Below are positions 25,656 through 39,427 of a stretch of 64,000 nucleotides of DNA, in pieces. The stretch's first letter is position 1, and each line of letters opens with the position of its first letter. This DNA is from Podarcis pityusensis (taxonomy: Eukaryota). The notes beneath the pieces are model-generated. The model searched no databases, was not told where the DNA came from, and worked only from the letters and a program-made list of their open reading frames with translations. The DNA is taken from NCBI GenBank assembly GCA_964106645.2, contig OZ067042.1; one strand, written 5' to 3'. A program made the translations under genes and the position numbers.

Positions 25656-26282
25656 CAAACCATTGCTCAAGCACCATGAGAACAGAATCAGCCCTAAGCA
25701 AGACTGTTGGAAGGCAGCCAAGTAGACAACATCTGCTTCCAGGTGAGTGCAGGGTGGCAAATCTACAACTGACAATAATTTTACAAAACAAACTCTCCAG
25801 CTTGGCTTGAGCTCATGCCACGTAGCTTGTCCCTGATCCTCCAGAGTGCCTTTTATGTACATAATGTATGGCTGACAGCATCTCCCTCCAGGGCAGTACA
25901 CAACATACCAACCCTCTTCTGGGTGACTAGGAATTCTCACTGCTCTGCAGCAGCCCGAAAAGACACAAAATGCGGGGATGGGATACCAAAAAATTGACAG
26001 GGTGGTGGTGAAGAAGAGAAGGTGTTTCAAAGGCCTATCCTGACACACGCAGAGCCTCTCTGAGCTCAAGAAGAGTCATGTGTGGGGAAAACTTGGCTCA
26101 AATGTGCATCTTCTATAAATGTCAACATTATTTTTAGCGTTGGCAGCGCACATGACAAACGAGTGTGTCACGTCATTCTTCAACCTTTTTGCTTTAAAAG
26201 ACAACAGAAAGCTTTAAAAGAAAAAGAGGAGGTTGCTACTTAATGCTCCTAGAAATTGTTCAGTAACGCAGCATAAGCAGTA

Positions 26283-26524
26283 CAGTGGTACCTCAGGTTA
26301 CATACGCTTCAGGTTACATACGCTGCAGGTTACAGACTCCGCTACCCCAGAAATAGTACCTTGGGTTAAGAACTTTGCTTCAGGATGAGAACAGAAATCG
26401 TGCTCCGGCGGCGCGGCGGCAGCAGGAGGCCCCATTAGATAAAGTGGTGCTTCAGGTTAAGAACAGTTTCAGGTTAAGAACGGACCTCCGGAACGAATTA
26501 AGTACTTAACCCAAGGTACCACTG
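26283..26524 (-). mobile_element. Tigger-type MITE, family A copy 2
   Basis: Same TIRs; the interior is the reverse complement of 22191-22416. Confidence 0.92.
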
Positions 26525-26771
26525 TGATACAAAATAGGCTGCCATGCTAGCAACACTTTATTATTTTGATTTTTGTATTCCTCACTCAATGCAAACACAG
26601 GGTGAAGTCCAAAACAGTAGTTCTGTTAGGGCAGCAGAACTTCCCTTGCCCTCTGTCCCAGAAATCTCCCCAAATCTGTTCAGATTTCTGGAGTGAGCAG
26701 GGATTGGTGAGGGAGGGAAAGTTCAGTAGTGCAGCCAAAGCTCATTGCCTTAGCTGAGCTGCTCCATTGTA

Positions 26772-26986
26772 CAGTGCTACCTCGGGTTAAGAACTTAATT
26801 CGTTCTGGAGGTCCGTTCTTAACCTGCAACTGTTCTTAACCTGAGGTACCATTTTACCTAATGGAGCCTCCTGCTGCCCCCGCATGATTTCTGTTCTCAT
26901 CCTGAAGCAAAATTCTTAACCCAAGGTACTATTTCTGGGTTAGTGGAGTCTGTAACCTGAAGCGTATGTAACCCGAGGTACCACTG
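26772..26986 (+). mobile_element. Tigger-type MITE, family A copy 3
   Basis: TIRs CAGTGCTACCTCGGGTTA / TAACCCGAGGTACCACTG with a TA TSD. Confidence 0.92.
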
Positions 26987-28371
26987 TATACTGTTCATAG
27001 TTTCTGGATACAAACAAAATAGAAATACGGGGGTTTGGGGTTGGAGAACCTCATTCACCACCTCTCCAAGAAAAGTCAAAACTTCCTCCGGGTATAAAAG
27101 GGAAAGGTAAAACACTGAGGAATCCAATCACAGATCTGTCATGTCAGGTCAGTTAGGTCTGTTGGGTTTGACTAGATGACCCTTGGGGTCCCTTTCCAAC
27201 TCTACAATTCTATGACTGCTAGTCTTTGCCCTGGAAACTGTAGTTCACCCCTCACAGACAATTCTCAGCATTTTCAAACTAGTTTCAATAAATAATAATA
27301 ATTTTATTATTTATACCCCACCCATCTGGCTGGGTTTCCCCAGCCACTCTGGGCGGGTTCCAACAAAATACTTAAAAATACATTAAAATTTCAAGTGTTA
27401 GTTGGAGGGAATCAGGTGCTTCAGACCTATGGCATGTACAATGCCTAAACATAACTGCATCATGACTCTGCTAAGTACATCTGAATACAAGCCGTCCTCA
27501 AGACTGTAGCCGTAACTTGAATTTTGAAATACTGACCCAGAACAAAGTCCTGGGAAAAGTTAGGTTAACATTTCAGGGCGTATCCCAGCAGGATTATTTT
27601 CTGGCGCAATTCTCTTTCAGCAAAGGACAACTGAGAAAATTCCAGTTGCTTTGCACTTGTAATCATTCCTTTGGCGACCAGGGGTTAATTGTGAAGGGTT
27701 ATCTTGACAACCCACTCAGCTAGAGAACAAACAGCATGGCCTGGAACTCCAGTGCAATTGGTTTTACTTAAGTGCCTCTCTTGTTACAGGCTTGCAAGCA
27801 AGTGATTTGCTAGAATGTGTGTAAATAAAAGCAGAGCTTTATCCTTACATGTGCAGCAAACATTTTCCATTTCTAAACATTCTCCAGGTTTGGGAATGGT
27901 CCACCTTTGATAGGGAACAACTATGTACCACACAATCTGAAGTTCTGATTTCAGAGGAATATATTTCTAAGGAGGTATGGTTAGGATTGTAGTCTAATCC
28001 CTCAGTATTCAACACTATTTCAGCATATTTGAGATTGAGCTATACTGTACTTGAATGAGAATAAGGCTTCATTGATCTCAGGGGGCACTTGTTCCCAAGC
28101 AAGGCTGTTAATCTTCAGTGTACTTACCAGGAAATAAAAGTCTGTTGATTTCAGTCTACTTTTGCTTCTATAACTTGCAGTTTTGTGTCTATTGATCAAG
28201 TTTGGCTCAGAACAGGACTTCTGAGTGTCATAGTGCCCAGATGCAATCCATACAGAATATACCTGCCTAGAAATAAGTTGCACTGAAATAAATGGGGCTT
28301 ATAAATGGTTTGTAAACTATGCCCACAGCGTTCCCCTGTGGGGATAGTAACTCAGATAAAGAAAAAAGAAA

Positions 28372-28560
28372 AAAAAGAAAGGAAATGAGATTCATCTGGC
28401 ATGACTTGTTTTTGATAAAGCCATACTGGGTTTTAGTAATTATAGCATCCTTTTCTCAATGCTCACAGACTGACTGTTTAATTATCTGTTCTATGACCAT
28501 TTCTGGTATCAATATCAAGTTCACCAGTCACTAGTTACCTGAGTCTTCCTTTTCCCCCTA
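28372..28560 (-). mobile_element. CR1 internal RT fragment (decayed)
   Basis: The minus frame reads LVNLILIPEMVIEQIIKQSVCEH*EKDAIITKTQYGFIKNKSCQMNLISF, resembling the CR1 PVSLTSIPGK..QHGF..KSCQTNLISF segment. Confidence 0.8.
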
Positions 28561-29023
28561 GCTCCAAGTCTGCAGGGACCTTGCCTGGTCTCCAAGAAAT
28601 CACCAAGATTATAGACGGAGGCTCTGGGATTTAGAGAAAGTAGGCTGGAATTAAAGGAAACAGAAATCTCCTTGGTGCAAATTAAGACTGGAGCAGCAAA
28701 TCCCTTTCTAGTAAAGCAAAAGCACTGTACTTCAAACCACGTTTTGGAGACAAATACTTTGGAAAGCTTAAAACAAAATTGATTAGTGCAGCTGTTAACT
28801 CATTCCTAATGTTTCTGCCATACTCTGGGTGTTTTAAAAAAGCAGGGTGGACCCTAAAAGGTAAAAGTGAAATGCGTTAGGAGACTTCGCTGAAAGCTGT
28901 AATCTAGATTCCTAAAATGACGTATTGTGCTCAGCAAAGTCAGCTGCTGACAAATGCATTGCTACCAGAATGTGACAAGTTAAAAATAAAACCATTTCAG
29001 GACTCGAGGTTATATTCAGATTG

Positions 29024-29029
29024 TTTATT
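29024..29029 (-). terminator. Candidate distal IDE polyadenylation signal
   Basis: AATAAA on the minus strand with U-rich downstream sequence (TGGTTTTATTTTT), at the boundary between UTR-like and repeat-rich DNA. Confidence 0.45.
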
Positions 29030-32000
29030 GTCAAGACTATGACAAGCACTCTGTCATATTGTGTTCAACATGCACCCAATTCCACATTAACTGCTCAAAA
29101 TAGCACTTGCAAAAATTACAGTAGTCTAGTCATAATTTATGATTTGTTACATAAATTTTGTTAACGAGCACTAAAACTGAATTACAGTGTAGTCTAGGTA
29201 GTCTGTTATTGCTTGTTGACACTGCAGCTTTGGATCTACTGGAGAGAATCCACTGATATGCCTGAGTTATCAAACTGCATTTTGTTCTACCAAACTCGGA
29301 AATCATAAAATGCTGGAGAACACTTAAAAAGAAATTTAGTCTCTCTACTGGACACATTGGCATTCACAGCATGTGGACACACTGACTTCATGATATTTCA
29401 GAATAAAGGTTCATTGTACAATGGATTTTTATTTATTTTTTTACGATACTGTTGATATATTCTGCTAGCCGCCTTGGCCATTCCTATAAGTAGTGAATAA
29501 ATAAATATAGTTCGGGATGCCGAGGGGCCACAAATGGTGAACTGCATGCACACATGAAACTGTAGTCAGTTTCATAACAAGCCAACTTCAAACTATGAGT
29601 TATGCAGTTGGTTAATTAAATTAGACACAATGTTTTAAACCAGCAATCCTGGTTGGTAGGTAAGACTAAGACAATATGTTTTAGAAGTGAAACCAAACTC
29701 GGCAGAAGTCCTCCTCTTGGCTGTGGAGGAGCGAAGGGGGGGCATGGGCGCTCGCTGAGACTTGCCCATGGTTTAGTGGTGCTATATGCAAACTGGACCA
29801 ATATCATGTCACAAAAAAGAATGTTCTGCTTATGTTGTAACCCCAGCATTTTTTAAAAAAAACCACTCAGTTCGGCAATCATGAAATCACTTTGGAGCAT
29901 GTAGTGAACAGACTTGTATTCAACCAGTTCCCTGGAAAGTGGTTTCATGCTTGCTCTACAAAAATAAGGGGAGCAATTTCCATCAATGTGTAAGTTGTGA
30001 TATAAATTCAAAAATATTGCATTAGGAATTATCTATTTCATGAACTGATTTTCTACACAAAGTCATTGGGTTCTTCTTGAGAGTTGTGCATGTTTTAACA
30101 AGTCTCAAAATATATAATTTTGCAGTGTGCATTCCAATCTCTTTAAAATAGTTGTGCAAATGATTTTAACAAAAAAAAGGGGGGAAGCTAAACTTATAAA
30201 AATTAGGTATTTGTGAGGAAAAATCTAAAACCTTTTAAATATTTGTGAAAAGCACAGTGGAGAGAAATATGGTAGGTACGAATGAAAAAAAAGAAGCATT
30301 TTTTTGTTGACAGCTGGCAACGCAACAGTAAAATGGCACATTTTCCAACATGTTTACTCCACTCCTCCAAGATTTCCAGCAAAATGTTTTTTTTACTATT
30401 GAGGGAAGAGTGGGAGAAATGAGATTAAGACCACTGCAGCATTCTGAAGTCATTCTTGAGACTGACCAAACATTTACTCGTGCCCAATGTTCTATTACAG
30501 GAAACTAAGTATACAATTCCCAAAGTGTGTTCTCGCTGAGAGAAAGTTACCAGCACAGACGTTTAACACAAAATGGGAATCACCATGGGTATGCCAACAT
30601 TTTGGATGTGAATAGCATAAACCACTACTGAAATCCTGTGCATCTCTTAGCCAGTGTTCCCTAAGGACAGAAATTTTTGATGGTTCCTTTTCACACACAC
30701 TATTTGCCACAAACAGGGTCTTTCCCCCCTAGATAATGAATTAAAAGCTTCCTGGATAAAATTCTGTAAGTCTTGTTCCTGTGCAACCTTGCTTGGATTG
30801 GATGAGGAAATCCCTGAACAGATTGCATGCAAATGCAACAATACTAGCATAATTAAACTCCAATGATGCCTCTGTCATAGCTTGCATCCTGTAAACAAAG
30901 TTTGCTGTATAATTAAGTATCAAGGTATACTGATATGACAATATCCATGGCGTGTGTGTCATGTCTAATGCCACTTATCACATGAAGAGTTCATCTGATT
31001 CCTTGTCATGTTTTCAGTTTTTGAGCAGGTTAGGAAGGGAGTGGAAAACCTATCATCTGTATCACATAAAAAGCTACAGCTTTCTGTGTAACAAAACAAT
31101 CGAATGACCTCTTTACCATGATGCCAGCCATAATGAGTAATGAACTTGTTGGACGTGAAGGGTTAATGTTCAATAGCATTAACACTCCCTGAGAGATTAT
31201 GTCCTATTTCTTTTAACTTACTGCACTGCTGTAAGATGCAGGAGGGGCCTTGAACCTTAACAAGGTAAAATACAGCAATGATAAAACATTGCGCCCTTTA
31301 AAGATACAGGCAGGTTAATTCTATGTCCCAAGGTTAGCTGTTTATTTCCTACTCGGATGTTATATATTGTATCTCCAGGAAGATGCAACATACAATTTTA
31401 TTCTGACAATTCACAAGGCAATCAACATTGGAACTAATAAAACAAAACAGTGGACGGGGTAGCCAAGACATTCAGATTCCAGCCTCAGACTGCAAAGCAT
31501 GTAACCAGTGCTCTTATACGATTAGTGCTATGCAGGTCAGATTTCTGAAGTAGGAGGCACATTTTCTCTTAGAAAACCAAACTGAGACTAGAAATCCATT
31601 GGGATCTTTGAAATACTTCAGACTTAGAATCTGTATAACAAACTTGAAAAAAAGCCAGCATTTAAAAGACATATTACTTTGGTAAATGTATGCCTTTTCT
31701 CTCCAAAAACCAGATTAAGCAAAACTTCAGCACCTGGTTCCGTTGTCTTCCTGTGAGCTTTTAGTAGCACAACCTCCACTAAAACCAATAGGCTAGAGAT
31801 GAAAAAATTATTCTATTTTATCATTCCTGTTTATTTTGCATACAAATCTCTGCTTTGTGCTGTTTTCCTAGAAAGCAGTTGGCACCAACTTCCTGTATCC
31901 TGATTATTAAATTGTGCTATTATTGCATTGCAGATGCCTGAAGTGTCAAATAAAAATGATCCAGGATAAGCATTTAAACTGTGTTTAAAATACTGGCTGC

Positions 32001-32492
32001 AAGCTTTTAAGCACAGGGAAGTTTGCCTTGGTCAGGCTCAATGTGATGTTGCCCTATTGAGCTGATGTTTAATTGCTGGCATGGCTAAGCAAATGCTAAC
32101 CTTCCCTTTGTTCTGGGATTTCTTCTTCCCTGTCACTTTAAAATATCTAAGCCTGATAAAGCTTGAAAGCTTGCACCAAGAGCTGCAAAAACAGTGGTAG
32201 GTCAGATTAAGGTATTGTTGTATCACGTGCCTTGAAGGGCCACCCTGTTCCGGACATTCAAATAGTGCATTTGTGGAATCAGGCACACACTGTGCTGTGT
32301 CTTTGTGACAAAGACTAAGATTTCCATTTTATGCCTTTTCACGGAAGTCTGCCCCATGTCCACAGCTTAAACACCTATTAAGGGTCACAGATAGCCTTTT
32401 CGCCAAGTCACATACCCAACAAGAGAGGGCAAGTTTGATGAGATATCTAAAAACAATACATGAACAACCGGAAGAAAAAGCGCCAAAACAAT

Positions 32493-32498
32493 TTTATT
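32493..32498 (-). terminator. Candidate proximal IDE polyadenylation signal
   Basis: AATAAA on the minus strand about 750 nt after the stop, followed by a GU/U-rich tract (TTGTTTTGG..TTTTTCTT..TTGTTCATGTATTGTTTT). Confidence 0.5.
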
Positions 32499-33241
32499 TA
32501 TGCAAATGAAACATTTTCCAAGTAACCCTGAGAAAACACAAGGGTTACAAGCAGAAGGTAACACTCTGGGCAAGAAAAGGGTGGCTACCCAGGTGTTTCC
32601 AGCATTTTACTAGTCTGAATATTAAAAAATGTCCTCAAATGTGTATAAAGATTAAAACTATGTCAATATGCCTGGTAACTTATCTGAAATATATCTGTTG
32701 ACGTTTCCCCCTCATTTCCACTGATTTATATAGTACCTAAATGGTTGGCTGCTCTGAGGATCAATATGCTTAAGTCTTTTCTTTAAAAATCAGTATGTGC
32801 ATTTTAATAATGTTTCGTTCCTCCACATCCAATAAATTGCTTAATCTTAATGACTTTTCATAAGAAAAGGAAGGGCCTTTAAAATAACACCAGTTTGTTC
32901 AGTAAGCTTCTTCATATTCCATAATGCAAACAAAACCTTTAAAAAGGCCTCACTATTGTAAAATATACCATTACCTACACAGACCTTTGAATATACCACT
33001 TGATTTTGGTTTCCAGGAGTGGCACTACAATAAACATGACGCATGACTACAGCCTATTTGCCTAATTTGCTGTAACCCTATCACACCAGAAATGCCGAAT
33101 GAACCTAGAAGGAATCAGGAACCCTCATAATGGACAGGATTGTTTGTCCTAACAACAGCTTAAGATGTTGGTTCATTATGAAAATCCACTGAAGTCATAC
33201 AAGACTCTTCCACTTCCAGTTCTTCACCCAGCAAAGGTTCT

Positions 33242-33337
33242 TCACAGTTTTGCAGCCATGAAATTGATATGTGGCTTCACCAGAGGAAAGAGTGGCAGAC
33301 TGCGTTTGAACTCTGTCATATTCTGAATCACGTCTGG
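33242..33337 (-). CDS. IDE: IDE exon 25 (last; C-terminal PTS1 -AKL, stop TGA)
   Basis: Encodes [31 protein letters not shown]; acceptor ttgcag. Confidence 0.97.
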   Translation of the reverse strand, partial: PDVIQNMTEFKRSLPLFPLVKPHINFMAAKL

Positions 33338-33975
33338 CTGCAAAGAAACATTTTAGAAAAAGAAACTTTGAGAATCAAGCACATAGCCTATATGTATTCA
33401 CTGAAGCAAAATTCATTTTTTAAATCATCAGCCAAAGGGTGACCAAGTCCTTAAGTCTCAGTTAAAAAGCCAATAGCAAAAAAAAATATAACTAAGATCC
33501 AAACCTTGTTAACATAAGAACTTCCTTCAGATGCAAAAATTACCAGATAATATTGCCTAAAAAATGGCTTCTTACAAAACTATATATCCAATATGTTATG
33601 ATGACAATCTTAAGACAGGAACATCTCTCTGTGCTTGACAGGTAGGTGTGGTTTGCTTCAAATGGCCAAATACAGAAGCCTAATTGGGCCTAATTAGCTC
33701 CATGTACCAGAAGTGCCACACCCCAAATCTATACTATTCACGACACTCACAATTTTTCTAAAGGCTTGTTCACACAGTGGTTAAGCTGTCCCAAGCATAG
33801 CAGCCAGATAGGTCTCATGAGTAATGCATTTCCTGGTGGTGATATGCACCACCAGCCTCATTTGAACACCGGGATAGTTACTTCTAAACATGATAAGGCT
33901 GAACGAGAAATAACAGTGTTGGAGCGTATATTGGGCACTCTCTTTTTTCCCATAAATGATTAAAAAACATCTTAC

Positions 33976-34043
33976 CTGTGGCAGTGGTGGAGCTGGTGCC
34001 AGGTTTACATCATTCTGAGATGGAAATTCTCCCACAACAGGGC
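33976..34043 (-). CDS. IDE: IDE exon 24
   Basis: Encodes (C)PVVGEFPSQNDVNLAPAPPLPQ; 68 nt; AG/GT ends. Confidence 0.96.
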
Positions 34044-34347
34044 CTGTTTAAAGCAACAACAACAGTTCATAAACCTCTAGGAAAACATCTACTTTTATAC
34101 ACAGATATTAAACAGACCACTAAAAGCAAAGGGTTGAACTGCTTTTCGTGCTGCTTGAAAATCTGCACACTTGCAAACTTTTCTCACATTTGTTATTCTC
34201 CAGGACCCCTGAGAGTGAATACTCCCACCAATCCACTAGAGGTCATAACCATCCTTTGCAAAAGATTCTGTTTGTTCTACCAAGTGTTTTTCTGTGCAAA
34301 CTTGAGTGAAGATTATTTGGAAACAAAGAAAGGCACTCAGTACTTAC

Positions 34348-34420
34348 AGGAATCCATTTCCCGTGCTAGTACATGCACGGATACTTTGTGCCTTCTTTGA
34401 GCATCAACTGACAACATCTC
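34348..34420 (-). CDS. IDE: IDE exon 23
   Basis: Encodes EMLSVDAQRRHKVSVHVLAREMDS; 73 nt. Confidence 0.96.
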
Positions 34421-35476
34421 CTACAGAAAGACAGAGGAAAGAGAGATGAGAATCGGTTATTCCAACAAAAGCACAGGAACATCTGTACTGCAGACCAAAG
34501 TGTGCAAGAAAGTCTGCCAGCCTGGAGCAGATGTGCCTGACCCAAGCAGGACACTTTATCCAAGTAGGGTGGAATGTCCAAAAAGGAAGAGAAATATGTA
34601 GCCTATGCACACTGTGATATGCAGCCAACTGCTGCTTCTTATGCTGTCATATACAATCTCAAGTCACTCTTTTGCAAACATGAAAACACCTGTTCAGTGT
34701 TAAACAAAACTGACCTACTGGGCCCCTCCCTGATCCTGAGCAGGGCTGGCTTGTCAATATTTCAGTTATGCCAGTAAGTCCACCCCATTAACTCACCCTA
34801 GCTGTTACATAGTGCTTGCGGCCTGCCCAAGAAAACCTCAAATTCTGCCAAAATCTCTTCCACATACTGTGGAAGGTAAATAAAATTAATGATGAAATAG
34901 GTGCGCTTAACTAGAGATGAGAGCCATTTTTGAATAATGTAGAAACACCAGCAATGCTTAAGAGTAATATTAAAATGTATGGCAAGACTAAGCAATTCAA
35001 AGTCAATATAGCTGTCAGTTGCTCAAATCTTTTAAAAGCTTCATTAACAGAATTAGCTGGGGAGTAAATCAAATGCCTTCCACAACTGTAATCAAATAAT
35101 TTAACTACAATGCACTTATATTAATAATTAACATTTTCTTAATCGGCCCTAATGACAAGTCTACTGAAAACCATGATGCAATGTACAGTCAAGTTCTATT
35201 AGCACTGACTTGAACACAATGAGCATTCATAATTAAAAGTAACTAAAGTGGTTCTAGAAAAAGCATCTCCATTCCAAAGTCGGGGGGGGGGGCAGTTAAT
35301 GGCAAACTCCTTACACAATTATTTTTTTAAGAGAGGCTTCAATTCCAAAATATTTTTTAATTTACTTTTTTAGATGGCAGAAAGAAGTTTGCCTCACTTC
35401 AAAGAAGTTGCCTTGTAATCTCTTCAACAGAAATGCTGCACAGTATTTCATTCCCTTTCTTGCATCCCTTCTTGCA

Positions 35477-35517
35477 GTGTGTGTGTGTGTGTGTGTGCGC
35501 GCGCACGCGCGCATGCA
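35477..35517. repeat. (GT)n(GC)n alternating purine-pyrimidine tract
   Basis: Read directly from the sequence; 41 bp. Confidence 0.9.
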
Positions 35518-36745
35518 AAAGCTGGACAGATGCAATGATGGGGGAATGAATGGACTGGGGGTGTGGGTGGAGGAATATGGTGTGGGGGTGTGCATAAGGG
35601 GTGGATTGATAGGAGGAGCATGGCTATCATCTTGGATATCCTCATGACTGCTCCTGGTGTGGAGACACTGAAAGCACATCTTCTACCTCTTGATTACATA
35701 GTCTGCAACCATGCATTTTAACTGCACACTGAGCAGCTGTGTTTGACAGACAGGATAAGGATTCAGAGCTCTCTCCTAATCCACTCTGCTGTTTGAAAAC
35801 AGGGACCCAAAGGGATGTGCACTGCCCTTATATGCTGCCTCTTTCAGCTGTGTGTGCATTTGGCTTCCCCCGGTACTTCATGCTCTGCAACCATTGGGGC
35901 ATGGAAGGAAATACCCTTTTGTATGGTTTCTAGCCTGGGGGTGGGGGGAGGGTTCATTAGTTGGGCTTCTACTGCTGAAGAGTCATGTGCTTCCTTGTCC
36001 ACCTCCACCTTGTTCTGTTGTACTACTCCCAAAACCAATACTGGCATATATGTAACATGTATTCTGCTTAGGCTATTCAAACCAAAGATCCAAAAAGCAT
36101 GCATGAATTTGTCTGAGTCACTTCAAAACTGTAATGACCATGCTCTTTTTAATAAGCACCAGTTATTAAAGGGGGAAAATTAGTTCGTCTGAACTTGAAC
36201 CAACAGCCCTGGAATATGTTTAACGTATTCATTTTTACCTGCCTTGCAAGCTGCACACATTGAACCCTTGCTTGTTACTGCCACCTGGTCGTATTGCTTT
36301 CTTCCACTGGCAGTTTGGAGGGGGAAAATGTTTTGCATGTGCGCTACTGCTTTAGCAGACAGCGCTGTGCCTTTTGGCATTGTTTATCTTTCTGTCTTTC
36401 TTGCAAGTTGCGGGCATTGTGACCTGATGGTTGCACACCTCTTAGCATGCACAGAGTGCCTCTCTCTGTGTCCATGTGGCATGTGAGTGCTGTTGCAGTC
36501 TTGCCCCTGATTTGGGGAGGTTATTCCAGGGACATTGGGAGCATCACTGCTGTTAATATCGTAAGAGTGGCCCTATCGGATCATACCAAAGGCCTAGCTT
36601 GTGCAGCATTCTGCTCTCACAATGGCCAAGCCAATGGCTATGGGAAGCCCACAAGGAGGACAGGAAAACAATAACACTATTATCTTTTGTATTGTTCCTG
36701 TTGTTTTTTTCTCCTTGTATCTTCCAAGCTGGGCTTAAGTTAGAC

Positions 36746-37249
36746 CAGAGGTTTTCAACCTTTTTGGGTCCATGGCTCCCTTGACCAACAATATTCTTTC
36801 TGTGGCACCCCGTGGGCCTCTGGAGCCCAATTATGTCACCCCCTGCCTGCAAAGCTAGCAGCCCCTCACCTCTTTTCAAACAGCCTCCCTTGTAGAGTGT
36901 TCCCTCAGCCTCCTCTTTTCTCCCCTCTCCTTGGGAATCCTCTGGGTAGCTGCCACCCCTGGTCTCTGAGCTGCCCCCCCCCCAAGAGAGGTGCCTCCTC
37001 CCACTGCCCCACAGGGGCCTGGGAAGCAACCCCTGGCCAGCCCCAGAGACACCATTCGCCTGGGGAGCTCATAGCCAGGGCTGCTGCAACAAACAGTTGT
37101 GCAAGCCTTTGGGAGGCAGAGATGCAAGAGGGTATCAGAGGAGGGAGGGAAGGAAAGAAGGAGAGACAGAGGCCAGTGTTGTCCATGGCACCCGTGATGA
37201 TCATTCAAGCCACCCCAGGGTGCCACGGCCCACTGGTTGAGAACCACCG
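36746..37249 (+). mobile_element. hAT (Charlie-type) non-autonomous element, GC-rich
   Basis: TIRs CAGAGGTTTTCAACC / GGTTGAGAACCACCG and a degenerate 8-bp TSD AGTTAGAC/AGTTGGAA. Confidence 0.85.
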
Positions 37250-37960
37250 AGTTGGAATATAGGACTCCTCCGCTATGTACTTGTATTGCAATAAGCAGCT
37301 GCTCAATAAGGCAATATTATTAATTTTGCAAAATCACCAATTACTGTTATACATACAGAGCTGATTGCAAGGTTCAAACAACCCTATAACTTCCTTAAAT
37401 ACAACATACAAACAGTTCAGGTGCTATACGTAACAATGACAATAGTAGCTGCAGAGATGTCCCCAAGGACAACGTGTGCTTTGTAGAATCTGGCTAAAGA
37501 ACAACAACAAAAATAGTTGTTCTTCCCCACCCCCCTCTACTTTAAAAAGCTTTTAGAATATAGTGTCACAATTTTAACCCACACAGATATATATAATTGT
37601 TCCTGTAAAGAGCTTTGGCTTGTCCAGGCAAAAAAGAGAAAAAAACCCTATCATTTACATGTTTGAATTATGCTGACAGTATGCACAGAATTAAGTTAGC
37701 AAGAATAATTGGGGAGCAACATTTTTACCCTGATAAAAAGAATGTGGAATAAAATAAAAAACAGAAGAATGTACTCACAGGCTCTATTTTCATGTTCATA
37801 GCACACAGCAACATTTTAACATCTGGTATATATATACTCCATTTAGATAAAAGTTGTGATGCTTATCAAGTTCTCAAACTGTTATTAATATATTCCCTTA
37901 AATTTTACACAATTTTACAATCAGAAGCTAAACTAATCAGAAATATTATGATCAGCTTAC

Positions 37961-38022
37961 CTTATAAAAGTGCATAATATCATCCTTAGTAAGAGTTTTG
38001 AGATATGCCACTTCAATGTTAT
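37961..38022 (-). CDS. IDE: IDE exon 22
   Basis: Encodes (D)NIEVAYLKTLTKDDIMHFYK; 62 nt. Confidence 0.96.
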
Positions 38023-38678
38023 CTGGACGACAAAATTTATAATTAATACAATTATGCAATTTACACTTCCTTCAAATCACATCACCTCAACATATTGTAA
38101 TTATAATTATTATTTATTGAATTTATATACCGCCCTATACCCGGGATATGCCTGTCACTGAAAATATTGCTATCCTGAAGGATCAGGACATTTTCTGAAT
38201 GCACATGTGACATTCCATGTCCTTAACTATGATTAATGGATCAGGAGTATCTGCATCAAGCATCGTATGTTCTTAGAGTGATGCAAAGGAAGGGATAAGG
38301 CAGCACTGGAATTTCTAGAATGCAAATCCCTCATCACATAACCGGTTATAAGAATACATGCCAGGCAGGTTTCAAAAATGGAATGTGGTCTAGATGGGGC
38401 AAAGAAATTGGTAATACCACAGAAATAGCTACCGTAATAATAATTTAATTTTAAAAAATTATTATTTGTACCCCACCCATCTGACCGGGTCGCCCCGGCT
38501 ATGTGCAGCATCCCAGCATTGTGACTTTTGACACTAATTAATCTTCCAAGTGTATTCCAGAACTAAATATTATTATTTTATCATGCATGGTGGGTACACT
38601 TTTAGATGGTCTGAATTGTTACTTTTGTTAAGCTGTCATCCAAAAAAATTACATTTCCAGCTTGGGAGTGCTTCTTAC

Positions 38679-38951
38679 CTCTGTCAAAGTTATATTGCTG
38701 GGAAATAATTTCGCCCCAGTATTTTGCACACTCAGCAGACAGTTTCTTTGGTTTGTCAAGACGACGAATTGCTAAAGCCTGGATGTGCTTCTGGAAGGCT
38801 TCATCAGACATGTCCTCTATACTCTTCTCCATGGTTTTTAAAAAAGCTTCAACCCTGCTCTCCAAGTAGTGTGGAGGTTTTTCTGACTGGATGATAAATC
38901 GTAGTCCTTGGATACCATTTGCCCGCCGTGGACCACTGAACACAATGTAAC
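38679..38951 (-). CDS. IDE: IDE exon 21
   Basis: Encodes (G)[52 protein letters not shown]; 273 nt; AAG acceptor. Confidence 0.98.
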
Positions 38952-39427
38952 CTTGAAAAAAACCAAATAATTCATTCTATTAGACTCACTAAATAAAAAA
39001 TTAAAAAAGACAGAAGGGGTTTGTATTTCTGCCCTTGAATTCTGGCCAAATTCTAACATAACCATTAGTGCCTTAAATGGCCTTACATCGAGTGACTAGA
39101 TGATATAACTATTGTAACTAATCTCAGGTTTTAGCTTTCGTGCAAGCTAACGGAGGGATCTCACATTATGCATTTTGACCATGAAGAAAACAGCATATAT
39201 ATTAAAATTGTATACATCACTTTCATGATTCTCCTGTATCTCTTTGAAACAGTGATTTCATTGATTTGTCACTGAGCATGAAGGGCCCCAAACCAGCAAT
39301 AAGATTCCACAGCCATCACATGGACAGCACATTACATTGAACTATAGTGGCTGAAGTATACAATCCAATTTCTGCTCACTATAACAATATTTAGGTGATC
39401 TATGGAGAGAGGCAATCTATTATTTAC

